Positions 36,901-47,878 of a stretch of 64,000 nt of DNA are shown here, one piece after another. This stretch comes from Tubulanus polymorphus. Lineage: Eukaryota > Animalia > Nemertea. The stretch is taken from positions 11,954,275-12,018,274 of the forward strand of contig NC_134032.1 of the NCBI RefSeq assembly GCF_964204645.1. Reading direction: 5' to 3'. Each line of letters begins with the position of its first letter. The first letter of the stretch is position 1. The notes under the pieces were generated by a model. It saw only the letters and a program-made list of their open reading frames with translations. It ran no database searches and was not told the DNA's origin. Made by a program: the position numbers and the translations under genes.

Positions 36901-39900
36901 ATTCTGGTTTTTAAATTTCTTTTAATCTGTAAATAGTGGGATTTCATCTTATTATCCGTTCACCACGTTTGAGTGTGGTTATCGTTCTACTTTGGAGACT
37001 TGTTACAAGTCCTGTAGTAACAGAGGGGATGAGGGAGGAGGCAGGGAGAGTGGAAGGGGGGGGTTATGTTTTCGCATGGACGCTCGGTATAAACCGCAAA
37101 ACCGTGCCGATGATGTTGTGTAAGTTCTCTCTGTTTAACAGATTCATTATAAATCTGTTCAACACACATTTATATAACATAACTACATGAATAAACAGCG
37201 TTTGATGTTTTAACCGGGGAACGCATTACCCCAGTTCCATCGAGTTGTGAGTTCCAATGAGTTCTGACGAGTTCCAGGAGATAAATCTTATTCGAACTCT
37301 AAGCACTGTCGAGCTCAAAAGTAATTAATAATTCATTCAGCCTAAAATCCATATGAAATATGCTCATCGCTTTATACACCATATCAAAAATACATCCTCT
37401 TTATTTGGATTATATATAAAAAGAGAGCATAGAAATAGAGAAAGTAAAACTGGTTTTGAATTAAAAGCTTTGATGAATAAATGGGTTTTGAGCTCAGATT
37501 TGTAGTGCTGCACCGGAAGTAATGTCTTATTGCCCAATATTTGGGTTTAACCCTTTCAGTGCGTCTACACCGCAGTGCGGTGTATAAATCAGTGATAGAT
37601 TTTGCTAGTACACTGCACTGCGGTGTATTGATGTAATTAGTAATTTGTAATTATCTCTATTGAAAAATGGCAGAAAGTGTCAAACATAGTGAAATACTAG
37701 TAACTAACGATACACCGCACTGCGGTGTAGACGCACTTAGTGGTATTCCCATTGTTCAACCCACTAGGGTGGAATTTTTAGAATTTTCAAATTTTCTCCA
37801 GCACTATAGGGTATTAATTAGTCAGCACTGAAAGGGTTAATATGATATGACTAGAATTTAAGCTTCCAAGCGTACACCAAACTTCTATATACCTATAGCG
37901 CACAAATTTCTGCACTTCACAATAATGCACTGGGGCCCTTAGAACCCATTTTTTTAGCATCGTTTAGATACGATTCACAGTTCATTCAAGTGCCCTTGTT
38001 ATGCAGATTTATACGGTTGTAATTTAGCATCTGTTACGCAAGCATTAATTACCGCGCAATTACTAATGGTTCGTAAATTGCGTGTAATTTTCGTTAATTT
38101 ACGACGATCTTCGTTAAAAATGAGAGATACTACTGTTGTCTGCATTCGAGCAAAAAATATGTATGACTTAATCGCGATATCTGGAGAGCAGAAAATTTCA
38201 AAATCTCAGTTTATCGAAGACTACAATATCACACAATGTAATGATCTGTGTGCCTATGCACGAGGCTAACAATCCAGATGAAAGAAAACTCGATAAAGGA
38301 CGGAATTTGATCTCAGGGTATTGGATTATCTCCCATGATCAAATACTTGCACTTATGAATACTCTTAATAGTCATATACCCATTCTAATGATATTGAACT
38401 GAATATGATATGGATACTGAAGACTCGCAGAGAAGAAAATTCTATTTCCTGAAAATTTGTCCGGATAGAAAGAGGATTCGATTTCGATTGAGAGTTAAAA
38501 GCCGCGAACGCCACAAAAACGATTTGACCTGGACCAAATTGGCACGGATCAGGCCCCGAGTCAAATTTGGCCCGTGTCTAATAAGAGAGCGCATGTTCAC
38601 ACACGTAAACCACTCACTCGATACTAAACAATGCTTCAACCAAGAAAAGGACCAGTTCCCGAACCGCACACAATATTTTGACCGGTGCTAAAATTTGGCT
38701 CGGGCCTTGTCCTGGCCCAATTTGGCGCGAGCCAAAAATGCTTGTGTGATCACGGCAAAGCAAATTTGGCCCCAGCCACACTCATGTGATCGCGGCTATA
38801 TATAATAAAAAGTGATCTCAACGCGAACATGTATTTATCAATCTAAAGCAAACTATTGTGGTTAATTACGATTCTACAGTTTACATTGTATTGTTGTTAT
38901 TATGCATAGTTTTAGATAACCCCGGAATATCTCGTGGGGGTTTGTTTATCTTACATTCTCTCTCTCTCTATCTGCAGTTAGTTCTATGAGGAAATGCCTA
39001 CAGTCTCAGACGCCTGCCAGAATTTCACCCTTTAACAATGCAAACAAACAACATCATCGAAAAAAAAACCGGAGTCTTCCTAATTTTGTTCCTCATTGAC
39101 TATCAGGCCCTACGATTAATTCAGGGTCATCCCAAATTCAAAGCAAGAACCCGTAGTTCATAAGGTGTAACCAGGATTTTTGAAAAAATAAGGGGTCTTT
39201 GCAGCAAGATCCCACTTCACCGGGCATATAACCCGGGTCCAGTTCCACAGTTGTGAGTTAAGATTTGACTCCGATTTGACTCCGATTTGACTCTGAGTGA
39301 AAACGAACTAACTTTGACTTAGGGTTAACTCTAACTCACAACTGTGGAACTGGGTCCCGAATTATTTTTAAGACTTCAAACGTAAATTGGTTCATACGTA
39401 AATCTATGGATCAAAACATTTAATTTCCCCCAATGCAAGGCCAGAATATCGAGTTATTCTTCTAGACAAAAGAAAATAAATTTTGCTCTCTTGATCTCTT
39501 TCGGTCAAAGATCGATTCTGCTACAATTCCGTGTTATTGCGATAGATATATTTATTTAACTACACAACAGTATTTATTACACCAAGTATTTATTAGTCGG
39601 AGGTAATCATACGTATACTCCTCATACTCCGGGCTCGAGGAGATGTTAGATTATTAGATAGCTATCGATTGACGGCTGATACCGAGGTCACAAACGGAAA
39701 GATTAATTCAGGGCAAGCGAATCGATACGGCGAAAAATATATCATTGATCGGTCGGGGTTGATATTCAGCGGTGTTAGTGGGTGGTATATATATACGCGC
39801 ACGCCATCGGAGAAAATATTTACCAATGACACGTACTTCAGTTATTGTAAGACCACGGTACAAGAACCAGAATAAGTTCATTGTCAATAGTTTTAACTCG

Positions 39901-42900
39901 TAAAGAGAGCGTGGTAAAATCGCAACAATTATGTGGAACTGGCGAAAATTTGTCTGACAACAATGTCCCAGATGGATACTTGATATATGTCAGTCATCCG
40001 CCCAGACTCTGAAGACATTCAATACTTAGTCGCAATTATCGCCCACACTTCAAATGTTCAAGAATACGCGCGGAGACATTTTTGATCGAAAATGAACCAC
40101 AAACACCAGACATTAGATATTTCATCAGCACACGCCCAAAGCTGATCGTCCACACTTCACGTGCGTCAGGGACTTCATATTTTTCATTGAAAGTGAACTA
40201 CAAAACACCAGGCATAAGACATCAGTGCACTTTGTCGATGTCAAACGGTGACGATCCAGACTTCACATCACATAACTATTGCAAATTTCTGAGGCAGTGG
40301 TTCCAGTGTGTATGAAGGGGGATGATAGGGGTGGTTCCAGGCTGAAGTGTATCTAAAGGGGGATGATAGGGGTTGTTCCAGGCTGCATTTCGATACCAGC
40401 AGATAGGGTCAGAAAAACATTTCAACAAATCCGAATTGACCGGTTATCCCTCGAGTTGTTACCGGATCCCAGAGTTGAGCGAGGGTAGTCTACTGTCTGC
40501 AGTAACCTCCACCCGTACTGACGAGGTAATACTTCTTACCACCATCATTCAGTGCATAGAAATAAATACAACATGATAAGTCAGATAAGTCTTATCCTTG
40601 CATGCTTATCAACAGCTATAAACTCACACAGGTGAGTGAATGTATATATAAATTATTGTAACAATCAAAATTCTCCTATTTCGACCGAAGTCTTCGATCT
40701 CAGAGTCGTAAATTACAATTTTCACGATAAAACTATGTTCCTAAAAACAGATCCCCTAAAACAGAGAGGTGTGGATCCCGCCTCAGTTTGTGAGTACTGC
40801 TCAAATTCTCCCCTCACCTGAAAAAATTTCAAGATTTAACTATCTACAGATGCAATCTAAGCGTTTGCACGCATGTCAAATTTAATTTTCCACATATACT
40901 AAATAAGCGGATCCCATTACATTTGAGGTTCATTCATCCACAAGTGCTGCCTATACGGTAGGCTGCATCTACCTTGGCAGAATATCGACTTTCAAAAACG
41001 AAAGCTTTTTCGAAAGGTCAAAAAAATGCACCCGAAAATGATGAACTGACTGATGAAACATTCGCAACGTTTTGTTTTTATAAAAAGAAAAAAAATAACA
41101 GACCCCCGCCCTCCTGAAAATGAATTTCGACTCACCATGATTTCTGGTGAAGGCTACGTACACGCGCGTGTATGTATTACGTGAGTATAGGATGAGTTGT
41201 TGTAACTAAAGTCGAACCGCTGAGGAGTAAAATCCATTAACCGCATCCATCCCGACGCTGCCGTATCCCATCATCAACTGACGCTGCTCGAGTGAGTGAG
41301 ATGAATGTGTACCCCCCTCTCTTTTAAAACTCTCATTCGCTCCGTGCTCACTGACTGACTGACTGACTGTCTGTGGTAATGTATCGATAGATCTATTGTT
41401 ATCGACCGAACGAGAAACAAGCTGTTAAAGAGTTCAGAGCGCCGGGCAGATACCGAGAACTGAGAGCGGGTAATAGAGTCCTGGGCGGATTGATTTTTAC
41501 CCGGGAAGTCACCTCAGTCAGGACGGTGATACTGATTCTGAGACAAACAGTGTGGAGCATATGGAGTCTGGAGTAGACAAACAGTTACAGTGTGGGGCAG
41601 GTGGAGTCTTGAGCAGATAGTTACAGTATGGGCAGGTGGAGTCTTGAGCTGATAGTTACAGTATGGGGCAGGCGGAGTCTTGAGCTGATAGTTACAGTAT
41701 GGGGCAGGTGGAGTCTTGTGTAGCCAGATAGTTACAGTATAGGGCATGTGGAGTCTTGAGCTGATAGTTACAGTATGGGGCAGGTTGAGTCTGGAGCAGA
41801 TAGTTACAGTATGGGGCAGGTGGAGTCTTGTGTAGCCAGATAGTTACAGTATAGGGCAGGTGGACACCAGGGAACAGAGACAGCAAGATTGAGTCGAAGA
41901 TGTTAATACGACGGTGATAGGGTCCAAGACAGAAACTCGACGAAGATAGTTTTAAGGCTTACAGAATCCAAGACAAACCTGTCCCAGCTATGGAGAAAGG
42001 TTGGTAGACTTGAGTCTGGAGCAAAGGATAGTTCTAGGGAGACACACGAGATATGATCTCAAGCAAGAGAATGGAGGCATCCAAAACAACTGACTGCATC
42101 TATGAGAAACAAGAATTCCATTGCGGTCCAAACCGATGGATTTTGACCAAACCGACGACAGAGTGGATCGCAATTTAACAACAATAGTCAAATCTAAAGT
42201 TTGATTCTAAAACTGACTGATTTCCAATACCAGACAGAAAGAGAGAGAGATAGAGAAGGGGGAACAGATGGTGAGTGTTCGTACATTCAACAAGCCCTCT
42301 TTAATTTCGCTAATTGCTTTCCCTTGAATTGAACTGCACTTTTGCAAACAATCGAATTCACGTGAGAAAACTCAAGGAGAGAAGAGAGAAGAGAGAGAGA
42401 GAAGGGAAGAAATGACCTCTATTGTAAACACCTGGTCTTCTACAACCGATAATTGGATAAATTCTACAATATGACACGAAGGGTTACATTGTTAAAACGC
42501 ACGTGTGTTGATAGGAAATTATAATTCGTTTCCGGGATTCGAAACGAAAAATAACGAACGCGAATTCAACCTGAAACGTCCGCGGCCTGCGACTACGACA
42601 ATAGCGACAATACGGCTACAGAAATCTGAACATTCCTCGGTAAATAACTAATAATAATACCATTTATTTATAGTTTCTCGTTCTTCGGGAAAACACTGTG
42701 GGGATTTTATGACATGGACCCAGAGTTGAATTAAACCCACACAACTGTGGAACTGAGTCCACAGTCGAATTAAACCCGGACAACTGTGGAACTGGGTCCA
42801 GAGTAGAATAAACTCACACAGCTGTGGAACTGGGTTCAGAGTCAAATTAAACCCACACAGCTATGGAACTGGGTCCAGAGTCAAATTAAACCCACACAAT

Positions 42901-45900
42901 TGTAGAACTGGGTTTAGAGTCAAATTAGACCCACGCAACTGTGAAACTGGGTCCAGAGTCAAATTGAACCCATATAACCGTGGAACTGGATCTACAGTCG
43001 AATCTAACCTTACATTGCTGTGGAACTGAGTCCAGAGTGGAATTAAAACAACACAGCTCAGCTGTAGAACTGGATCCAGTCAAATTAAACCAATAGGCCT
43101 ATAACTGTGGAACTGAATCCACAGTCAAATTAGGCTGAAACCCACACAGCCATGGAAATAGATCCAGAGTAAAATCTATGAGCAATCATCGCTCATCTAT
43201 TAAAGCCACACAACTGTGGAACTGGGTCTACAGTCAAATAGCCCACAAACAACTGTCAATACTCAAATGAAACCAACACAAAACTGTGGAACTGGATGGC
43301 GGAGTCGAAATGAAACCACAGATACCCGGTGGTACGTGACATTTCAATCAAATACGATCCACGCTGTCAGACGCAAATAATTTAACCCTCGATCGCGTCA
43401 AATGAATATAAATTCGCCATTTCTTGAAATCCCCCTGTCGAAGATATTCCACCTGATAGAGAGGGGGTCGACAATGAAAAATGCCTCCAATAATCACCGC
43501 CGGTAAAAGTCTCCATGGCAACCAAACTATAAAACAATTTGCGTTAATGCTGCAGGAATCCGTGTTGTCTGTTTGTTATGCGGGCGTCTGATTTCTAGGT
43601 CGACGGGGATTGTCTTAAATCGTCCCGGATTCCGGTCGGTTGGTCGGTCGGTCGGTCGATCGGTCTGAAATATCTAAATCTGTACTATACATATTTAGCC
43701 AGGGGTGGATCCAGACAGGAGCTCAAGGAGCACGTGTTCCCCAGGAATTTGAATAGAGGGGCCTAGTTGTAAACTCATACTGGGTACATGAATACACGCG
43801 TTATGGACGCAAAGTCCTTGAGGGGGTTTTGGGCCCCGAGAAAATTTTGAAAAAATTGATCACTTTCCGAGCACTTGAAGTGATAGAACATCATTGACCG
43901 ACGTTAATTTTCCACCGTATGCGTAACCAGGTTTCTAAAATGTTATCTTGGCAAAAAAAAGGGGGGACCCGGGCCACTTTGGATCCAACCCCGCTCTCGT
44001 CGCAATCAGCGATGAGTTCGGTAGCTGGTCACAAGATCTCACTTCTAGTACCGCAGTAGTTTATGTGATCGCCCCTCCCGCCTCGAACCCTCAGCTTTAT
44101 CTAATAAAAGTATAGTAATAATATGTCCATTAAACAAACATAATTTTCCCCAACACGAACAGAGACAAGGGTCTCTATATTGAGCAACTCCCTCTCTCTC
44201 CTCTCTTTTTAAGTGTTTTCATCGGTTATAACCGATAAAGATCAATATTACATTTCATATCAATAAAATTCACCCCGCTACGAGGAAATATTTCAATATT
44301 AGTTCGTTTGCCTCTCAAGCCTTCTCTTCCCCCTTTCTCCTCCCTCCTCTCTCTTCCCCCTTTCTCTTTCCTCCTCTCTCCATTCCCCCTTTCTCTTCCC
44401 TCACCATCTCTTCCCTTTTGTCTTCCTTCAACTTGCCATCTCTCGTAAGAGGGGCTTTCTCCACTCGCGTCTCCTCTACTTTTTGTCATTGAGTTTCGGT
44501 CAAAACATTTTCTATTTTTTGCGGTCTTTGACGGGAGCATCGAACAAGGACGAGTAACAAAAACGGAGAGCACGAAGCCAAAACTGCGGTCTGGAAAATT
44601 TTGAAATTTCAGTCAGGCACCGAGAGTGAAATGGATGTAATCGTTTAAGACTTGATGAGGAATAAATATTGAATTGAACTGAATTAGAGAGAATATAAGC
44701 CCGGCGGATACAGACCAGGGGCCGGTTCCATAGTCGTGACTTGTGTGACCAAATGTGGTCTTAAACCTCAAGACTGGTCTTAAGTTGGCTATAGAACTAA
44801 GTTTGTCTTAGACCAGTCTTAAGTCTAAGCCCTGTCTATGGAACTGGCCCTAGTCCCCCCTAAATTTTGTGGAAACATTTTTAGGAAAAACTTTTCAAAG
44901 AAATGTGCATTATTTCCTCATGACAGCCATCAAATAGCCATGGAGAACACCGAAAAAATTCAAAACATTAGCGCTCGCCGCATTGGGGTACCCTTTGTGA
45001 ATACTTACGTGCCCTTCAGAACCCTGGTCCCCCACCTTCCAAAAAACCTGGCTCCGCCCTTCGAAGCGTATAGGCGCAAGTCTATATAAATTGTGACCAA
45101 GAGCGCAGCGCGTTACTTGCGCCCCCGTTCGAATCAGTCAGTCCCAAGGGTCTCGCCTTCATACCTAGACCTCCCTGATAATAAATAATGCTGAAATAAA
45201 AATTTTTGGGAGGGGGGTACGAAAGTGCAATAGCGCCATGATTTTTCTGCCTCGCGTTCCCTCACCACTCGTTCTCTCTTTTTCTCTCAGCCGAGTACTT
45301 ATCAATATCGACGTCGAGCTTTCATCAGCCGTTCAAACAAACTCGACAGAAATTTAACGACGAAATGAAAAGTTCGGTACAAAAATGATGGCCGAGTCGA
45401 GCGCGCGCGCGTAATTATATAACACTCCACAAAACCCTCGTAATCGACGTTCGACTATTTACAACCGTACTCGGCGAAAAAAGAATTTTAAATGTCAATG
45501 CCACGCGTGCGCGCGATGATGATCGTTGTTGGCATTTCGCCAGAAATTTCTCAACCGCGGGTTTTAGAAATAAACACAGCGAGATGGCCTTCTAACGGCG
45601 TTATATTTGAATGCAAAAATTTGTAATAATAAACGCAGATTATAACCTAATCCTCACGTGCGAATAAGCATCTCGGAGGTTCGCTGTATTCAGTACGGTT
45701 TACACTTTCTTTTGAATTTAATACGCAAAGCTGCTATAACTGCACACAAGTATTCAACCAGCGCTTAGGGGCTAAAACGACAGGGGCTTGTATTTGAAGT
45801 GTGGGGTGAATAGTAGCTTGGGTCATCCAGTAGGACTATCCCAGTACTATGGATTAGGCCCCGATACCAAAAATACTTCATGTATTTTTGATTATATGTT

Positions 45901-47307
45901 ACTGGACAATCGAGCTTTTTTTCACCTTGAGAGTCCCTTAGTCAGTAGGCCTGTCTGTGGTTTAGTTTCACGATCGGATATTTTTGCAGATATAAGCCCA
46001 TCTGATTATAAAAGCTTACCACCAACGATTAGGTAACTAACTGGAACCCCTGTGCTTTAGACTTTTTCAGTTCTCCATTAAGAAATGACTGTCTATAGAC
46101 TCAAATCCACAGTAAAAAAAGCGAAAATCTATTCTGAATATCAACAAGTTAATGTTCATTAAAAGCTCCAAATTTCCACGTTTTTGACTTAATACAGTTT
46201 TGAGAAACTTAAGACATTGCTAAGTTATTGACTCGATGAAAACAAACTACAGTCCAGTCATTGACAAGATTAGAGGTGGGCCTAATGTCTATTTATTAAT
46301 TGATGAGACCTGTTTTTCTTGGATATTTTGCTTACTTTTTGGGGTACATACCTCATTTATGTCTTAACAGAATGCCAAAAATCGCGGACAGCAACTGAAT
46401 ATCCGATATATTTCCAGTTCTGTACCAATTAGATGGATTGGCAAAAAGACTCCTTAAGTCCAGTTGAATGAGAGAGAAAATCCTCCATTTTGTGAAATTT
46501 CTTGAATTTTTACATTGTCATTATGCCTACGAAATGAAGTTATATTTCTTGTGGGGTCTCAACAACTAAATCAGGGTGGCGTAGGCATGGTAACAATGTT
46601 CAAATCCAAGAAATTTGACAAAATGGAGGATTCTCTCTCTCATTCAACTGGACTTAAGGAGTCTTTTTGCCAATCCATCTAATTGATACAGAACTGGAAA
46701 TATATCGGATATTCAGTTGTTGTCCGCGATTTTTGGCATTCTGTTAAGACATAAATGAGGTATGTACCCCAAAAAGTAAGCAAAATATCCAAGAAAAACA
46801 GGTCTCATCAATTAATAAATAGACATTAGCTGTTAGAAGCACAGGGCCCAGTTTCACGAAAAAGTTTAGCCTAAGCCTAAGTCGGTTAAGTTTGAAATGT
46901 TGTCTTCATTGAAGAAATGAAGTTACCAATAGCGATTAGACCAAAAATTAGAGCTGAACTTTTTTGTGAAACTGGACCCAGTTCCACACAGTCACAATGA
47001 GACAACGGACTACATACAGCGAACATGATTAGTGGGGCCGAGGGGAACCTTAAAAATCTTATTCTTATTCAAACATTTTCACTGAGCACAGACAAATATA
47101 TGAATAATCGTAGACATCTATATAATCTTTCTGATGACTAACACAAAAATAGTATGGATAAATTTAGACGAGTCATTCAATAAAATTGAATTTATATTTG
47201 GTAAAAATAAGCCGATTTTCTCTAATTCCAGTAAATTCTAGAAAGTTTTGGAGCGATTGCAGAACTCCGTGTCGATCTAAACTTACCTCCGGTTCAACTA
47301 AATCCAT
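18838..47307 (-). CDS. SNTG1: Gamma-syntrophin (split PH - PDZ - PH - SU), 13 coding exons, 486 aa
   Basis: join(47287-47307,31675-31827,26917-27075,25956-26085,25484-25533,25071-25189,24537-24666,23504-23668,22180-22251,21535-21687,20936-21028,19292-19405,18838-18939) = 1461 nt. All introns are GT-AG with consistent phases. Motifs [35 protein letters not shown] and SAKLASVDP match gamma-syntrophins. SNTG1 versus SNTG2 cannot be separated for an invertebrate. Confidence 0.93.
19292..19405 (-). CDS. SNTG1: Gamma-syntrophin exon 12 (SU domain)
   Basis: [26 protein letters not shown]. Confidence 0.95.
20936..21028 (-). CDS. SNTG1: Gamma-syntrophin exon 11
   Basis: [31 protein letters not shown]. 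Confidence 0.92.
21535..21687 (-). CDS. SNTG1: Gamma-syntrophin exon 10
   Basis: [51 protein letters not shown]. Confidence 0.93.
22180..22251 (-). CDS. SNTG1: Gamma-syntrophin exon 9
   Basis: [24 protein letters not shown]. Confidence 0.92.
23504..23668 (-). CDS. SNTG1: Gamma-syntrophin exon 8 (PH2)
   Basis: [19 protein letters not shown]...[20 protein letters not shown]. Confidence 0.93.
24175..24530. repeat. G-rich 44-bp minisatellite, ~8 copies
   Basis: Unit CAGCCCAGTGAGGGGTGGTGGCGGAAGGGTTGATGAGGGATTCA. Confidence 0.95.
24537..24666 (-). CDS. SNTG1: Gamma-syntrophin exon 7
   Basis: [43 protein letters not shown]. Confidence 0.93.
25071..25189 (-). CDS. SNTG1: Gamma-syntrophin exon 6
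   Basis: [40 protein letters not shown]. Confidence 0.9.
25306..25349 (+). ncRNA. Degenerate minimal hammerhead ribozyme motif
   Basis: TATTC-CTGAAGA-T-GACTAT/ATAGTC-TAAATGTT-GAATA. Stems I and II are intact; GAAAC is mutated to TAAAT. Confidence 0.5.
25484..25533 (-). CDS. SNTG1: Gamma-syntrophin exon 5 (linker)
   Basis: TTTTTGCAG| acceptor and GTAAGA donor; phases 1/0 bridge exons 4 and 6. Confidence 0.8.
25956..26085 (-). CDS. SNTG1: Gamma-syntrophin exon 4 (PDZ)
   Basis: [32 protein letters not shown], donor GTAAGT. Confidence 0.93.
26647..26886. mobile_element. piggyBac-like MITE
   Basis: TTAA|CCCTTTCAGTGC...GCACTGAAAGGG|TTAG; same family as 37551-37836 in the opposite orientation. 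Confidence 0.85.
26917..27075 (-). CDS. SNTG1: Gamma-syntrophin exon 3 (PDZ)
   Basis: [53 protein letters not shown]. Confidence 0.95.
27365..27620. repeat. Diverged tandem repeat built on the GAAACTGGGGCC MITE terminus
   Basis: GAACTGGGGCC/AACCGGGGCC...GACTATCTTCCATTAAATCTA recurs 4-5 times. Confidence 0.7.
28180..28650. repeat. Diverged tandem repeat GATGATGTCATAGGGTGATTTATGGAGACGGCCATCTT
   Basis: About 6 units; related copies near 19170-19220 and 20730-20820. Confidence 0.75.
28455..28494 (-). ncRNA. Minimal type I hammerhead ribozyme motif (Penelope-like-element type)
   Basis: CGC-CTGATGA-T-GGCTAA/TTAGCC-GAAAC-GTT-GCG: full core, 6-bp stem II, 3-bp stem I, palindromic AACGTT stem III. 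Confidence 0.7.
30317..30454. mobile_element. PIF/Harbinger-like MITE (GGGCCRGTTGCAYAGT TIR family)
   Basis: TIRs GGGCCGGTTGCATAGTC / GACTGTGCAACTGGCCC with CWG flanks. Further copies at 31080-31217, 32540-32671, 32675-33354, 33358-33495 and 44719-44850. Confidence 0.85.
31080..31217. mobile_element. PIF/Harbinger-like MITE, same family
   Basis: GGGCCAGTTGCATAGT...ACTGTGCAACTGGCCC. Confidence 0.85.
31675..31827 (-). CDS. SNTG1: Gamma-syntrophin exon 2 (N-terminal PH half)
   Basis: CAG|[22 protein letters not shown]...GVSR|GTAAGT. Confidence 0.9.
32404..32481 (+). ncRNA. Palindrome with a degenerate hammerhead motif
   Basis: ATAGTAGCTTCATCAGGTAAAT / ATTTACCTGATGAAGCTACTAT inverted repeat; CTGATGA...CGAAAGCTT core. 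Another decayed motif lies on - at 32259-32292. Confidence 0.5.
32540..33495. mobile_element. Three stacked Harbinger-like MITEs
   Basis: Elements 32540-32671, 32675-33354 and 33358-33495 are separated by single trinucleotides (CAG, CAC). Confidence 0.8.
32727..33243. repeat. 47-bp minisatellite, 11 copies, amplified from the MITE interior
   Basis: Unit ACTGGTCTTAAGTTGTTAGATTGGCCATAGAACTAAGACAGCCTTAG. Confidence 0.95.
34340..34762. repeat. ~51-bp tandem repeat containing the MITE-terminal GTGGAACTG motif
   Basis: Unit GTGGAACTGAACAAAAACAAGCTAAGCCTGATCTTTTCTTAAGTCTTGAC. Confidence 0.9.
34782..34949 (-). CDS. Candidate alternative first coding exon of gamma-syntrophin (MCEDLNLPV...HRYHTLK)
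   Basis: Open frame ending at donor AAA|GTAAGT in phase 0, compatible with exon 31675-31827. Confidence 0.45.
36773..36814 (-). ncRNA. Minimal type I hammerhead ribozyme motif (mirror copy)
   Basis: Identical motif on the minus strand of the left arm. Confidence 0.75.
36831..36872 (+). ncRNA. Minimal type I hammerhead ribozyme motif
   Basis: ACAC-CTGACGA-T-GATCTC/GAGATC-GAAAC-GTC-GTGT; GUC cleavage triplet at 36866-36868. Confidence 0.75.
37551..37836. mobile_element. piggyBac-like MITE
   Basis: TTAA|CCCTTTCAGTGC...GCACTGAAAGGG|TTAA; internal ACACCGCAGTGCGGTGT palindromes. Confidence 0.9.
38500..38797. mobile_element. MITE, same family as 644-958
   Basis: AGCCGCGAAC...GTGATCGCGGCT termini; interior homologous to 644-958 in inverse orientation. 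Confidence 0.7.
39235..39358. mobile_element. Harbinger-like MITE (GGGTCCAGTTCCACAGTTGTGAGTTA TIR family)
   Basis: ~25-bp TIRs; relatives at ~21342-21440, 25710-25795 and 32058-32160. Confidence 0.8.
41550..41865. repeat. 36-41-bp minisatellite GATAGTTACAGTATGGGGCAGGTGGAGTCTTGAGC
   Basis: About 8 tandem units. Confidence 0.93.
42695..43300. repeat. ~39-bp tandem repeat built on the MITE terminus ACTGTGGAACTGGGTCC
   Basis: More than 12 diverged units. Confidence 0.9.
43509..43522. promoter_or_regulatory. RFX X-box
   Basis: GTCTCCATGGCAAC matches the GTHNYY-AT-RRNAAC consensus. Confidence 0.55.
44719..44850. mobile_element. PIF/Harbinger-like MITE, same family as 30317-30454
   Basis: GGGCCGGTTCCATAG...CTATGGAACTGGCCC. 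Confidence 0.8.
46282..46829. mobile_element. Foldback element, ~230-bp near-perfect arms
   Basis: 46282-~46510 is the reverse complement of ~46601-46829 with few mismatches. Confidence 0.85.
46845..46979. mobile_element. Harbinger-like MITE
   Basis: GGGCCCAGTTTCACGAAAAAGTT / AACTTTTTTGTGAAACTGGACCC. Confidence 0.75.
47287..47307 (-). CDS. SNTG1: Gamma-syntrophin exon 1 (MDLVEPE)
   Basis: AAAATGG start context, donor GAG|GTAAGT phase 0, next to a CpG/YY1 promoter region. Confidence 0.7.
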
Positions 47308-47379
47308 TTTGGGCTTTTGCAACGGCGCATAAAACCGCCTTAACTCCTGAAAACAAACCAAACCCACTCGGGTTCAGCT

Positions 47380-47500
47380 GTCAAAATCAGACATTCATAA
47401 TAATGACGTATTAGTTACAATAGACGTAGATAGATGGCGACTGCAGAAGGTTGAAAGCTTGTTTCGGGTCGATTTTGACAGATCCAAAATGGCGGATTTT
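47380..47500. promoter_or_regulatory. Gamma-syntrophin promoter region with YY1-type motif
   Basis: CAAAATGGCGG at 47485-47495 and AGATGGCGAC at ~47432, directly upstream of exon 1. Confidence 0.5.
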
Positions 47501-47872
47501 TTAATCGTATTTAGGCCTGCTGTGTCTGGACTTCTATAAAATAGTCATACTGGTAATATAAGTCGTATTGGTTTTGCCGACAGACCAGCTGGTGGGATTT
47601 GAAAAAAAGGCAGTAAATTGCAAGAATAAAACAGAGGCTCGTATCAGGAGTAGGTAGTGTTAAAATGTGTTAAAGTGTAAATAATCTGTTAATCCAGTGT
47701 GTATTATGTATATAAAATAACAGACACTGGATAAACAGATTGTTTTTACACCAAAAACTATGTGATATGAGCCCATGTGGAATAAAATACCGTTGAGATC
47801 CACACGGTGGAAACTGACCAGGAGTTGCTTTATAGAAATCTAAAACTTAACTAACTAAACGAATGACAAATA

Positions 47873-47878
47873 TTTATT
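47873..47878 (-). terminator. Candidate polyadenylation signal for a minus-strand transcript upstream of syntrophin
   Basis: AATAAA on - followed by a GT/T-rich tract, at the end of a long 3'UTR-like AT-rich block. Confidence 0.35.

Larger units (their letters stand above)
36701..36944. repeat. Perfect inverted repeat, 116-bp arms, 12-nt spacer
   Basis: 36701-36816 is the reverse complement of 36829-36944. Confidence 0.95.

Noticed and set aside
40969-41061. Possible further syntrophin first exon (MFHQSV...)
   Set aside because: The donor would be phase 2 and weak, incompatible with phase-0 exon 2.
41514-41886. ORFs with repeated TPPAPYCNY
   Set aside because: Minisatellite translations with frame-shifting unit lengths.
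32727-43300. Regular arrays resembling CRISPR repeats
   Set aside because: Units repeat in full without unique spacers, there are no cas genes, and the context is eukaryotic.
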